This document shows positions 18,811-27,139 of a DNA stretch of 36,950 nucleotides, piece by piece. Positions within the stretch are counted from its first letter, which is position 1; every line of letters starts with the position of its first letter. Position numbers and translations under genes: made by a program. This DNA comes from a virus (taxonomy: Duplodnaviria; Caudoviricetes): the IMG/VR virus record IMGVR_UViG_3300044852_000022, positions 1-36,950 of that record; one strand, written 5' to 3'. The notes below the pieces were generated by a model. It had not been told where the DNA came from and searched no databases. It was given only the letters and a program-made list of their open reading frames with translations.

Positions 18811-20099
18811 TGCCATTAAAAGTCACCCCCCTTGGGCAAGAGCTTCCGCCAGCACCGGAAAACCCCAAGATTTACAGCGACGCTTATAAACACACCATTG
18901 TAGACTCGGCCTATACGCCTGAGACGTCGTTGCTGACAATGGTGGACGGTACTCCGCGGCTGATGGAGTACTATCGTCGGGAACTGGGCCCTGACGAAGA
19001 GTTGAGCACATTCCAGCCGGATAACTCTGCGGTCTATCAGAGTTACGCCCGTATCAAGAACCTGATCGGTAAACAGGACGGTGCAGGTACTTATGCATTC
19101 GATCCAACGACTGGCCAGTCCACTGGTTCATTCGAGATGTGGCTGGCCTTCGATTTGGTTCCGTTGATGTATGACGTGGCCATTATGGACATCGGCGAAG
19201 GTCGGGCGGGTCTGTTCCATATCGCTCAGCCTCCAGAGATCCGTAACGACACCTCCAACAAGGTCTACCTCTGCACCTTTGAGAAACTGGGGATTTTGTC
19301 CCAAGAACTCATGGCGCAGTTGGAGATCCGTGTTGTACAGGAATGGGTCTACTCGAAGGACTCTGCGTTGCATGGTGGTATCTCCATCATTACACAGCCA
19401 GAGTTCAATACCGCCAAGGAACTGTTCGGCTGGCGCTTGACCATTGCCAACTACCTGATGAACACCTTCTACTGGAACCCTGAGCGAACCATTGCCTGGG
19501 AAGACAGTAACGGACGGAAGATCTACGACCAGTATCTGGTGAAGTTCCTGGCAGGGCAAATGCCCGCTGATCTCAGGACGTCCTATCCTCCGATCAACAT
19601 GTTCTCCACACAGTACGGTGGGCGAGAGTACGGTGGCTTTGGTGATATCACCATCTGGGAGATCCTGATGCGTGGTGACTTCAACCTGTTGCCTGTGGTC
19701 AAGAACTCCACGATCACTATCGTGTCGACTAACCGCCTGATCAATACCCGTCAGTACGGGAACTTGCGTTCCAGCAAGTTTGACTGGGTGGTGGTGGCTG
19801 ATCCAGAGCGTTACCAGATTCAAAGGGCGTATTTCAACATGGACGGCTTCCCACTGTTAGCCTCCAGTCCGGAATACAAAACAACCTACTTGTTCACCCC
19901 TGAGTTCTACGACGGCCTCCCCCAGAATGATTTCGAACACCTGGTGGTAGATGCCTTGAAGAACCAGATGGTCGATCGTGAGAAGCTCTTGACTTATTGC
20001 AAGGGCTACTTCGAACTGGACAAGTGGCAACAACTCTACCACGGCGCTATCCTGCTGCTGTTGATTCAGGTGAGCCGTAAGTTCGGACCTCCTCTATGA
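18810..20099 (+). CDS. virion structural protein (phiKZ gp99 / SPN3US gp62-like), 429 aa
   Basis: SLLTMVDG...YYR...YQSYARIKNL, DIGEGRAGLF and IYDQYLVKF motifs as recalled for the family. TAATG overlap. Confidence 0.6.
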   Translation: MPLKVTPLGQELPPAPENPKIYSDAYKHTIVDSAYTPETSLLTMVDGTPRLMEYYRRELGPDEELSTFQPDNSAVYQSYARIKNLIGKQDGAGTYAFDPTTGQSTGSFEMWLAFDLVPLMYDVAIMDIGEGRAGLFHIAQPPEIRNDTSNKVYLCTFEKLGILSQELMAQLEIRVVQEWVYSKDSALHGGISIITQPEFNTAKELFGWRLTIANYLMNTFYWNPERTIAWEDSNGRKIYDQYLVKFLAGQMPADLRTSYPPINMFSTQYGGREYGGFGDITIWEILMRGDFNLLPVVKNSTITIVSTNRLINTRQYGNLRSSKFDWVVVADPERYQIQRAYFNMDGFPLLASSPEYKTTYLFTPEFYDGLPQNDFEHLVVDALKNQMVDREKLLTYCKGYFELDKWQQLYHGAILLLLIQVSRKFGPPL

Positions 20100-20836
20100 A
20101 AATGCTTTATCCTCGTTATGGTGCTGTGCGGGCTAGGTTGATTGAACTGCACAGTGTCTTGAATCACCGGGTCTATGGCGTCTGGGTGGCGCCTAAGTCC
20201 CTGATGACCATGGATGACCTGCGTGAGCGTTACCACAACAATCAGCCTGGCTTCGCTAACGACCACGGTTATTACGACGAGCCACAGCTGCGGCAGATGA
20301 AGGTACCTCAGATCTTGGGGTTCCTGGGTAACCTCCTGGGTCCTGAAGACCTGGGTTTCCAAAAGGCTAACGAAGCAGTACCAGGTATTTACGAAGCGAT
20401 TCAAGAGTACCTGGCACTGTGGTGTGAGATGATCCGTACGGTACCCGAGTTCAAGTCGCCTCCTCGTGAGGAACTGCGGCTGTTGGAGAACTTGGCGTAC
20501 ATGCTGTTCCCTACGTATGCGAAGATCAAGCCGTTTGTTACCAACCAGGCTATCCGTGATGCTGGTAAAGATAACAAGCAGCAGGAAGGTATGGGACTGG
20601 CATCTCTTGGGATGCTCTTTACCATGACTCCAATGCTCAACAAGGGCGTAGGGCGGGACATCAGCTTTGTTAGTCACCTGGACGAGCTGGAAGGTCATGA
20701 GAACCACCAGTACCAGATTGATAACCAACAACCGGCTCCAGGTAACTTCTTCCCAACGCTCAAGATATCTTCCGATAGCCTGAGCAACCTGGACACTTCC
20801 ACCGATACTAATGACTGGATCTTCAGAGGAGACTAA
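20096..20836 (+). CDS. hypothetical protein (phiKZ gp100-like), 246 aa
   Basis: ATGA overlap. IYEAIQEYLALW...PPREELRLLE motif. Synteny. Confidence 0.55.
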   Translation: MKMLYPRYGAVRARLIELHSVLNHRVYGVWVAPKSLMTMDDLRERYHNNQPGFANDHGYYDEPQLRQMKVPQILGFLGNLLGPEDLGFQKANEAVPGIYEAIQEYLALWCEMIRTVPEFKSPPREELRLLENLAYMLFPTYAKIKPFVTNQAIRDAGKDNKQQEGMGLASLGMLFTMTPMLNKGVGRDISFVSHLDELEGHENHQYQIDNQQPAPGNFFPTLKISSDSLSNLDTSTDTNDWIFRGD

Positions 20837-20838
20837 TC

Positions 20839-22194
20839 ATGGAGATGCCAAAGCCAATAGCCAACATCATCGCTCATGCAAATGCCCTCGATGATGTCGG
20901 TTACGAACGCGTCTTTACTGTTGACGCCATGGTGGTAACACCTAGTGAACAGATCCCCTTGTTGATCCCCAATGGGTTTGCTTGCTTGTCGCTGTTTGGC
21001 CCTGCTCATGGGGGTGGTATTTCCCACAGCGATAACGCACGCATCAAAGCTCAGATCCAACCGGGCGTCTACATGCGGAAGGTGCTACCCAATAAGGATA
21101 ACCTCTACATCGAGGTGACCGAACGGGTAGGGTTCCAGCAGGTCATGCGCCGTTGGCGGGCTGTGCCTCTGGGAGATGCTGACCCAGAGATGCAGGGCGG
21201 TAACTCGGCTATGGCGGACTTGTCTACCAAAGACGACACCAACATGATCACTGTGACCTTCCAGTTGTTTGAGACAGGCTATGCCTTGCTCAGGAACGAA
21301 TTGGTTGCGGATACCTTGTTGATGACCACGCTTAAGGATGTGCTGCATGGCATCCTGACCGAGTATGGCTCACGACTTACCCTGACAGGCGCTGATGCCT
21401 TTAAGGGTGTGAACATCGAAGAGCCGGTGGATAACGCTCGTATCTTCAGTCATGTGGCTATTCCTGCTGCGGTACCTCTGGTTAAACTGGGGATGTTCTT
21501 GCAGGAGCATGACGAGTTCGGTTTCTACAACACGGGCTTGGGGATGTACTACCGGAAGGGGATGTGGTGGATCTACCCACATTACCGTACAGGACGGTAT
21601 GAGACGGCGCCTAAGGTACTTAACGTGTACCGTGTGCCTGAAGACGTAATACCCACTCTGAAGCGGTCGTATTACCAGGAAGGGAAAGTACTGACAGTGC
21701 TGTCGACGGGTGGTGGTACTACCAAAGACGGTTCTGACATCAAGAAGCAGAACGTGGGTACTGGTAAGCGGATCATCACTTCTGATGCGGCTATGGCTGA
21801 GACTGGCGTGTACTACAACAAAGGTCAGGCCATGACCACCCGTGCTGACTCCCTGTCCGAGTACCAGACGTCTAAGCGGGCTTCCGGTGAAGAGATGATG
21901 GGGTATCATGCAGAACCCACCAACAACCTCTGCAAGCACCTAACGGAGAACGCTAAGAACGACGGGAACCTGGTACAGGTAGCTTGGCATAACTCTGACG
22001 CTTCATTGATCGATCCTGCTATGCCTGTGCGTTACTACTACATGAGTGGTAGCAACAATCTGGTGTACAAGGAAGGCACTGTGCATGTGATCAAGTCAGA
22101 GTGGCAGATGGACACCCAGTCTACTGGGCAACCTACCTTCAGGGAGATTTCTCTCTTGGGGTTGTTCATCTCTGATGATGAAATTGCTGCATAA
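20839..22194 (+). CDS. baseplate hub-like protein (phiKZ gp101 / SPN3US gp64-like), 451 aa
   Basis: GAGGAG RBS. GFYNTGLGMYYRKGMWWIYP and WHNSDASLIDPAMPV motifs. Synteny. Confidence 0.65.
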   Translation: MEMPKPIANIIAHANALDDVGYERVFTVDAMVVTPSEQIPLLIPNGFACLSLFGPAHGGGISHSDNARIKAQIQPGVYMRKVLPNKDNLYIEVTERVGFQQVMRRWRAVPLGDADPEMQGGNSAMADLSTKDDTNMITVTFQLFETGYALLRNELVADTLLMTTLKDVLHGILTEYGSRLTLTGADAFKGVNIEEPVDNARIFSHVAIPAAVPLVKLGMFLQEHDEFGFYNTGLGMYYRKGMWWIYPHYRTGRYETAPKVLNVYRVPEDVIPTLKRSYYQEGKVLTVLSTGGGTTKDGSDIKKQNVGTGKRIITSDAAMAETGVYYNKGQAMTTRADSLSEYQTSKRASGEEMMGYHAEPTNNLCKHLTENAKNDGNLVQVAWHNSDASLIDPAMPVRYYYMSGSNNLVYKEGTVHVIKSEWQMDTQSTGQPTFREISLLGLFISDDEIAA

Positions 22195-22213
22195 ATAAAT
22201 CTTCAGTCAGTTA

Positions 22214-22311
22214 CCTATGCCTATGCTCGAAAGAGTAGAACCTTGGGAAACCGGGGGGAGGGCAGTGGGGAGTTTCACGATATAAACTAAGCCTCTTACC
22301 GTAGGTAAGAG
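22214..22311 (+). ncRNA. candidate structured RNA (three-way junction with two GAAA-capped hairpins plus downstream hairpins)
   Basis: Hand-folded: closing stem 22214-22222 / 22260-22269, TGCTC-GAAA-GAGTA (22224-22237), CCTTGG-GAAA-CCGGGG (22241-22256), then CTCTTACC-GTA-GGTAAGAG (22293-22311). No family recognised. Confidence 0.35.
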
Positions 22312-22345
22312 ATGCATTCTTTGCTCTATAGGGGAGTTAGCAATA

Positions 22346-22489
22346 ATGTTAAATAACCTTGCAAGAAAAAAGATTACCTTAGTGGGTTTGATCTTTCCTA
22401 AACCTTCTCAGAAGCAAATTGAGGAGCGCGCCGCGCTGGCTAAGCCAGAGCACGACAAATTGATTGAAAGCGCTCTACGCGTGCTGTAG
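22346..22489 (+). CDS. small hypothetical protein, 47 aa (MLNNLARKKITLVGLIFPKPSQKQIEERAALAKPEHDKLIESALRVL); absent from the ORF track
   Basis: GGGGAG RBS at 22331-22336, ATG 22346, TAG 22487-22489, ending 20 nt before a terminator. Confidence 0.55.
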   Translation: MLNNLARKKITLVGLIFPKPSQKQIEERAALAKPEHDKLIESALRVL

Positions 22490-22508
22490 TTCGTTATAGC
22501 AGCCATAT

Positions 22509-22546
22509 TAATACCCTAACCGCTCCTACGAGCGGTTAGGGTATTA
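22509..22546. terminator. bidirectional hairpin terminator
   Basis: Perfect 17-bp stem TAATACCCTAACCGCTC, loop CTAC, GAGCGGTTAGGGTATTA, between convergent genes. Confidence 0.85.
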
Positions 22547-22560
22547 GACTCTATCTTTCT

Positions 22561-24105
22561 TTATGCTGCTACACTGAAGTCGTCGAAGTCGGCCTCTAAT
22601 TCGCCATTATCATTTAGTCGTTGTGTCAAGCTACGACGGAACGCTGGTTTCTTGTTGATGTCATGGATCAAGCCTTGGTCAGGATGGAGATCATAGATCC
22701 CGAACCGTTCTTCTGGTGCACAACCCTCGCCCCGTTGCTTACCTACGCAGAACGTAAAGTAAACTTTGAAGGTTGTCTTGGCCACATGGATGGTAATAAC
22801 CACATCCACTTCGTTGGTGATTTTGGTCGAAGTCTCAGTAAGGGATTTACCGGACACTTCACGAGCAAAGTACACCTCAGACTCTTCGTCCGATTCCTGT
22901 AGCTTCATCTTGGCTGCTGGAGACAATTGATGAGGCGTCAGGAAGCAAATACCACGAGCAATAATAAACCCCCTGATCTTCCGGAAGTGCATTTGCAGCT
23001 TGTCGGACTTTGTTTCGCCAGGGATCTTGTCGATGTTTTGCAGACCGCAGTAGTCGTAGGCCCAGAAGATAATTTCGTGGCCTTTGAGTTCCAGTTGACG
23101 GCAACGTGCAAACATAGTGTTCGCAGAGTCTTTACTGGAATCAATTTGGTTGATGATGAGATACCAACCATTTTCTTTAAAGCAACCGACGATAGCGCTA
23201 ACGATATCTTCGTTCTCGGCGGTTTGGAAGTCTGACACTGCACCATGACGTGCGGAGAGCGCCAACTTGTACATACGCATGATGATCAAGTCCATGGTGT
23301 CTTCTGCGGACTCCAGGAGGATCGTAGGGATCTTGGCTTTATCCCTGAGCATCGGTTTGTTGTACAGTCCGATACTTGCAACCATATGGCTTGTGGCCAG
23401 CGACTTACCGCGGTTGGTAAGTGCTTCAATCATGTACATCTTGCCGCGACGGAAACCACCATCAGGATTCAAGGCAATGTTCAAACCTTGGATACCTGAC
23501 TTCATGATACCTTCGAGACTGTTCTCACGCTTCGCCATGTCAATGACAGCGTTAAACGAGTCAGGCGTTTCAGACGTCACTTGAGCAACAATCTCAGATT
23601 GACGTTCTTCGAAGCCTTGGTTAACACCTGCTTGTACCAAGTCGATCAGGTTAGCCCAATCGTCTTTGCCCATGTCGTTGATGTCTTTGAAGTAGAAGTC
23701 TTTAATTGCCTTCTTGAACTTCTTGGAGAACTCTTCACCTTCTGAGTTCAAACGGATCTCAGAAATGTGTTGATAGATCAGCTTACGGGTTTGTTCATCT
23801 GTTGGCTGGTCTTCCAGACCGTGTTCGATAGCATCCTTCAAACCGTCATCATTCTTGACGAACATGTTGACACGTTGCATCAATGCTGATTTTATGACCG
23901 GTTCATCTTCAGGCTGCTTCAACAGCCAGTGGATAGTTGCGCGAATGCTGTCTCGAATCCCTTTATCTTGTGTAAAGACGTCAGCATTGGGGACAGGCAA
24001 TTCATTCAACGTATCTACCAGTTCCGTGATTAGGTTAGTGTCCTTCAGCTTCTTAGCCTGATACAACGCGGACAACAACTTAACCAGTACCAATAAATCG
24101 TTCAT
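22561..24105 (-). CDS. dnaB: DnaB-like replicative helicase (phiKZ gp118-like), 514 aa
   Basis: SGIQGLN...GGFRRG, Walker A ALTNRGKS, catalytic SAED, Walker B AYDY, PHQLS and KQR motifs of SF4 helicases. Divergent from the capsid operon as in phiKZ. Confidence 0.9.
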   Translation of the reverse strand: MNDLLVLVKLLSALYQAKKLKDTNLITELVDTLNELPVPNADVFTQDKGIRDSIRATIHWLLKQPEDEPVIKSALMQRVNMFVKNDDGLKDAIEHGLEDQPTDEQTRKLIYQHISEIRLNSEGEEFSKKFKKAIKDFYFKDINDMGKDDWANLIDLVQAGVNQGFEERQSEIVAQVTSETPDSFNAVIDMAKRENSLEGIMKSGIQGLNIALNPDGGFRRGKMYMIEALTNRGKSLATSHMVASIGLYNKPMLRDKAKIPTILLESAEDTMDLIIMRMYKLALSARHGAVSDFQTAENEDIVSAIVGCFKENGWYLIINQIDSSKDSANTMFARCRQLELKGHEIIFWAYDYCGLQNIDKIPGETKSDKLQMHFRKIRGFIIARGICFLTPHQLSPAAKMKLQESDEESEVYFAREVSGKSLTETSTKITNEVDVVITIHVAKTTFKVYFTFCVGKQRGEGCAPEERFGIYDLHPDQGLIHDINKKPAFRRSLTQRLNDNGELEADFDDFSVAA

Positions 24106-24128
24106 TAGGGAACCCCTAGGAGCTGAAA

Positions 24129-24677
24129 ATGATTCTTAAGACCCCTCAAGGGAAGTCAGTCCGTATTTTTTACCTGACCAGCGAGATGCAACAGTTGCTG
24201 GCCCGTCAAGCAATTCCTGGCAGCGATATCAATAAGCTGTCAACATATCATCAGAAGTTGACCTTCGGTGAAATCGCAAGCATCCTGAAGTTCCAATACA
24301 TTGTGGCTCAACAGCTCGGTGTGTTGATGATCGAACCCAAACACCTATTCGGTGAAGGTTATAACGCCGGCATGGTCGAGGCTGCATTTAATAGCCTGGA
24401 CGGTGAAAGCTTATCCGCGATTGCTAAGGATACGACATCCTTTAGCTGTATGGACGTTGGCATGAATAGCATCGTTTTGCTATTTAATGGGGAGAACGCT
24501 CCTAAGGCTCCTGGCTTCGACACGCTGGAGTGCAATACTTTCTCCGGCGCTTTGCTGGAAACAATTTTTGCTAAGGTGGGATACATGGAATCTCACAACG
24601 GCAAAATCCCAAAACCTAACCAGGGTGAATTTACCTTGGCAGAGGTTTACAAACTGGTTAGTATCCAAAACCCGTAA
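24129..24677 (+). CDS. phiKZ gp119-like minor head protein, 182 aa
   Basis: AGGAG RBS. Size and position between dnaB and the capsid gene. Confidence 0.55.
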   Translation: MILKTPQGKSVRIFYLTSEMQQLLARQAIPGSDINKLSTYHQKLTFGEIASILKFQYIVAQQLGVLMIEPKHLFGEGYNAGMVEAAFNSLDGESLSAIAKDTTSFSCMDVGMNSIVLLFNGENAPKAPGFDTLECNTFSGALLETIFAKVGYMESHNGKIPKPNQGEFTLAEVYKLVSIQNP

Positions 24678-24690
24678 CTTCACTGTATTT

Positions 24691-24694
24691 TATG
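24691..24694 (+). promoter_or_regulatory. possible late (nvRNAP) promoter TATG upstream of the capsid gene
   Basis: TATG, the phiKZ late-promoter core, in an AT-rich intergenic stretch ~60 nt before the capsid ATG. Only a 4-mer, so weak. Confidence 0.3.
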
Positions 24695-24753
24695 TGTAGC
24701 GCTAATACACAGACAAATATATTTGTTCACATCCTCAGTAAAGGATTCGAGTC

Positions 24754-26904
24754 ATGGCCTTTAAACAAGTCACCGCGTCTCTGAAGAATACCGGAAACCT
24801 CTTCAGTGCCGTTCGTCAAGCCCTGGGCAACCAACAACTCAACTCCGTTATCGGCGCTGAGAGCTTCGAAGTGTTCCAACAAGGCGCCGCCAACATCGCG
24901 GGTGTCGAAAGCCATCAACTGTCCACGTTGTTCGCTGGCGTAACTGCCAAGACCTACGACGCGTTCTCCGGTTCCCTGAATCGTTCCGCTGTTCCTAGCG
25001 GCGAGATGGCAATCATGAACGAAGCCGCCAAGGCTTTGGCCGAAGTATCTGGTATCGAGGGTTTCTCGCTCCAGAACTTCAAAGGCAGCGAAATGGACAT
25101 CAAGGCAGCCAACCTGACCTTGAACGCCCAGTCGCACCTGCAAACTCCGGGCGCAGAAGCGCTGTTCTCCACCATCACCGTTCGTTACGAAGACGAAGGC
25201 GCCAACCTGGTAGTCCGCGCTGCGGGTATCGGTTCGTACGCCTACGGTAACTCGGCATGGCAGTCGGCTTCCGAACTGCGTCCGATCTTCGGCCTGCTGC
25301 GTACTGGCGAAATGTTCAAGGACGAAGTCCTGGCCGTTCACGCCGTGTACCCAGAAGACGCCGATGACGACAACCGCGATTTCTTCGTTGATGCCGCGAT
25401 CATCGCTCCAGGCACTGCCACCTACCCGGAAGCCGACGCTTACGGCCGTAGCTCGCACGCCACTCAGTACCTGAAAGTTCCGAACACCATTCCGAACCTT
25501 CTGGCTCTGACCCAGGTTCCTGGCCAGCGTCCATGGACCAGCACCGATGAACTCGAGTCCAACTCGCTGGTCATCAAAGAACTGGTTGCTTCCGCCAAGC
25601 TGGGCGCGACTGCGATCAACTTCTTCATCAACACCGTTTCGATCTCGAACAACACCTTCGGCCCAACCAGCCAAGGCCAGTCGTCCGACGACCGTGAAGT
25701 GAACCTGCATCTGCGTGCCTTCCCAGGCTTCGCCGTTCTGGACAAAACCGGCGCTACCGTCGGCGAAACCTTGTTCGATTCGTTCAAGACCGCTGGTTAC
25801 GAGCCTCTGCTCAACATCAGCATGAACGGCAACTACCAGCGCCAGACCAACGAAATGCGTCTGAACGCCGGTCAAGTGACCGTACACGGTCTGCGTGAAA
25901 TCACTACCGGTAACGTAGTGACCATGCACAAGGCTGACGCCACTCAGAAAGCGCTGATCAAGTCGCTGACTCTGGGCGCCGTTACTGGTATCGACCTGGG
26001 CGGTAACGTCTCCAACACCTCCCGCGGTAACTTCGGCTACCGTATCGAAGTGTTCGATGCTGACAAGCGTCTGTCCGTTCGTCGCAACAGCCCGGTATCG
26101 GTGAAATACCCAGTATCGGCTGACGACGTTAACCAGGGTTCCCTGGACTTCGCGATTCAGCAGATGTCGATCGCGATCAACAACCAGTGCTCGAAGAAAG
26201 CGTTCGATGTGGCTCAGGAACACCTGAAATACATCACCTCGATCGACGGCTCTCCAGTTGTTGGTAACCAACAGGGCTCCAACGTCCTGCCTGGTCAGCA
26301 CTACGTGTCGGCTGCGGCCATCAACCGTTCGTTCAAGATCGCCGACCGTGTGTCCTCCCTGGACAGCGCCGACGTCTTCGACAACGTTGCGTCCGTGTTC
26401 CTGAACGAACTGAGCGACATCACCGCTGCGCTGAACACCAAGTCCGGCCTGGCTGCGATCGCTGAGTACGGCGGTACCGACAAGATCGAATGGACCGTTG
26501 TGGTTCACCAGAACTTGGCGCGCTTCCTGATGCGTTCGGGCGATGCTCGTTCCCTGGGCCCGGTTACTCCGATGACCATCGTTGAGACCAACTTCGACAG
26601 CCAAATCGGCCAACTGCTGATCGTTCCGAAGAACACGTCCACCAACGACTTCATCAACCCGCTGGGCGGCATCGGCGTGAACATCTCGAAAGAGAACATC
26701 GTCGTGCAAGGTAACGTGACTCGTGATCAACAAGACTTCGGTGTTGTCATGACCATGCCTACCTACCGTCACTGGCCACTGAACGTCATCATCGGCTCGC
26801 TGACCATCGAAGATGCTCACGAGTTCCTGGGTGACGAAGGCCTGCTGACCAAGCTGGCTGTTCAGAAGATCGACATCGTCGGTGGCACTGTCCCAAACCC
26901 GTAA
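24754..26904 (+). CDS. major capsid protein precursor (phiKZ gp120-like), 716 aa
   Basis: Size, extreme codon bias, propeptide with GAE/GVE/GIE sites, QTPGAEALFSTIT and SNTSRG motifs, position after dnaB and gp119-like. Confidence 0.9.
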   Translation: MAFKQVTASLKNTGNLFSAVRQALGNQQLNSVIGAESFEVFQQGAANIAGVESHQLSTLFAGVTAKTYDAFSGSLNRSAVPSGEMAIMNEAAKALAEVSGIEGFSLQNFKGSEMDIKAANLTLNAQSHLQTPGAEALFSTITVRYEDEGANLVVRAAGIGSYAYGNSAWQSASELRPIFGLLRTGEMFKDEVLAVHAVYPEDADDDNRDFFVDAAIIAPGTATYPEADAYGRSSHATQYLKVPNTIPNLLALTQVPGQRPWTSTDELESNSLVIKELVASAKLGATAINFFINTVSISNNTFGPTSQGQSSDDREVNLHLRAFPGFAVLDKTGATVGETLFDSFKTAGYEPLLNISMNGNYQRQTNEMRLNAGQVTVHGLREITTGNVVTMHKADATQKALIKSLTLGAVTGIDLGGNVSNTSRGNFGYRIEVFDADKRLSVRRNSPVSVKYPVSADDVNQGSLDFAIQQMSIAINNQCSKKAFDVAQEHLKYITSIDGSPVVGNQQGSNVLPGQHYVSAAAINRSFKIADRVSSLDSADVFDNVASVFLNELSDITAALNTKSGLAAIAEYGGTDKIEWTVVVHQNLARFLMRSGDARSLGPVTPMTIVETNFDSQIGQLLIVPKNTSTNDFINPLGGIGVNISKENIVVQGNVTRDQQDFGVVMTMPTYRHWPLNVIIGSLTIEDAHEFLGDEGLLTKLAVQKIDIVGGTVPNP

Positions 26905-27000
26905 TAAGGGTTGCGGCAGCTTACTACGGGGTGTTAGATCCTGAGTAAGCTCCGTGGTGTCGTAGTGCTGCGGTAACCCCTTAACAGGGATACATGCATA

Positions 27001-27034
27001 ACCCCCTCTCCTGCCTTCGGGTGGGGGAGGGGGT
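27001..27034 (+). terminator. terminator after the capsid gene
   Basis: ACCCCCTCTCCTGCC, TTCG loop, GGTGGGGGAGGGGGT: a cUUCGg tetraloop stem with G-U pairs, then CTATGTTTGCTTT. Confidence 0.85.
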
Positions 27035-27063
27035 CTATGTTTGCTTTATGGTTATTGGTTGTA

Positions 27064-27091
27064 AATTTTTAAACCTACATTATCAAGGTGA
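27064..27091 (+). promoter_or_regulatory. phiKZ-type early promoter
   Basis: AATTTTTAAACC-TACATTAT-CAAGGTGA aligns ungapped with 32383-32410 and resembles the phiKZ early TATATTAC core. Upstream of the nvRNAP operon. Confidence 0.65.
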
Positions 27092-27139
27092 CTAGTTACT
27101 ACGAATTGGCTTTTAAGGAAGTCAGCAGAGGTTCTCATC

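Noticed and set aside
22172-22235. CTGATGA...GAAA resembling a hammerhead ribozyme core
   Set aside because: CTGATGA is coding (Ser-Asp-Asp) and I could not build stems I-III around it.
24664-24754. gp119-like gene ends AAC CCG TAA like the capsid gene, suggesting a gp119-capsid fusion by recoding
   Set aside because: Neither the -1 nor the 0 frame is in phase with the capsid ORF, and the in-phase frame stops at 24699.
24727-26820. 697-aa - strand ORF antisense to the capsid gene (likewise 880-1881, 7347-8234, 8255-9247, 12083-13570, 30939-32258, 35721-36536)
   Set aside because: Same shadow-ORF effect, longest opposite the most codon-biased genes. No independent coding signals.
26994-27095. 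33-codon ORF after an AGGGA RBS-like motif downstream of the capsid gene
   Set aside because: It runs through the terminator and early promoter with atypical codons, so it is most likely incidental.
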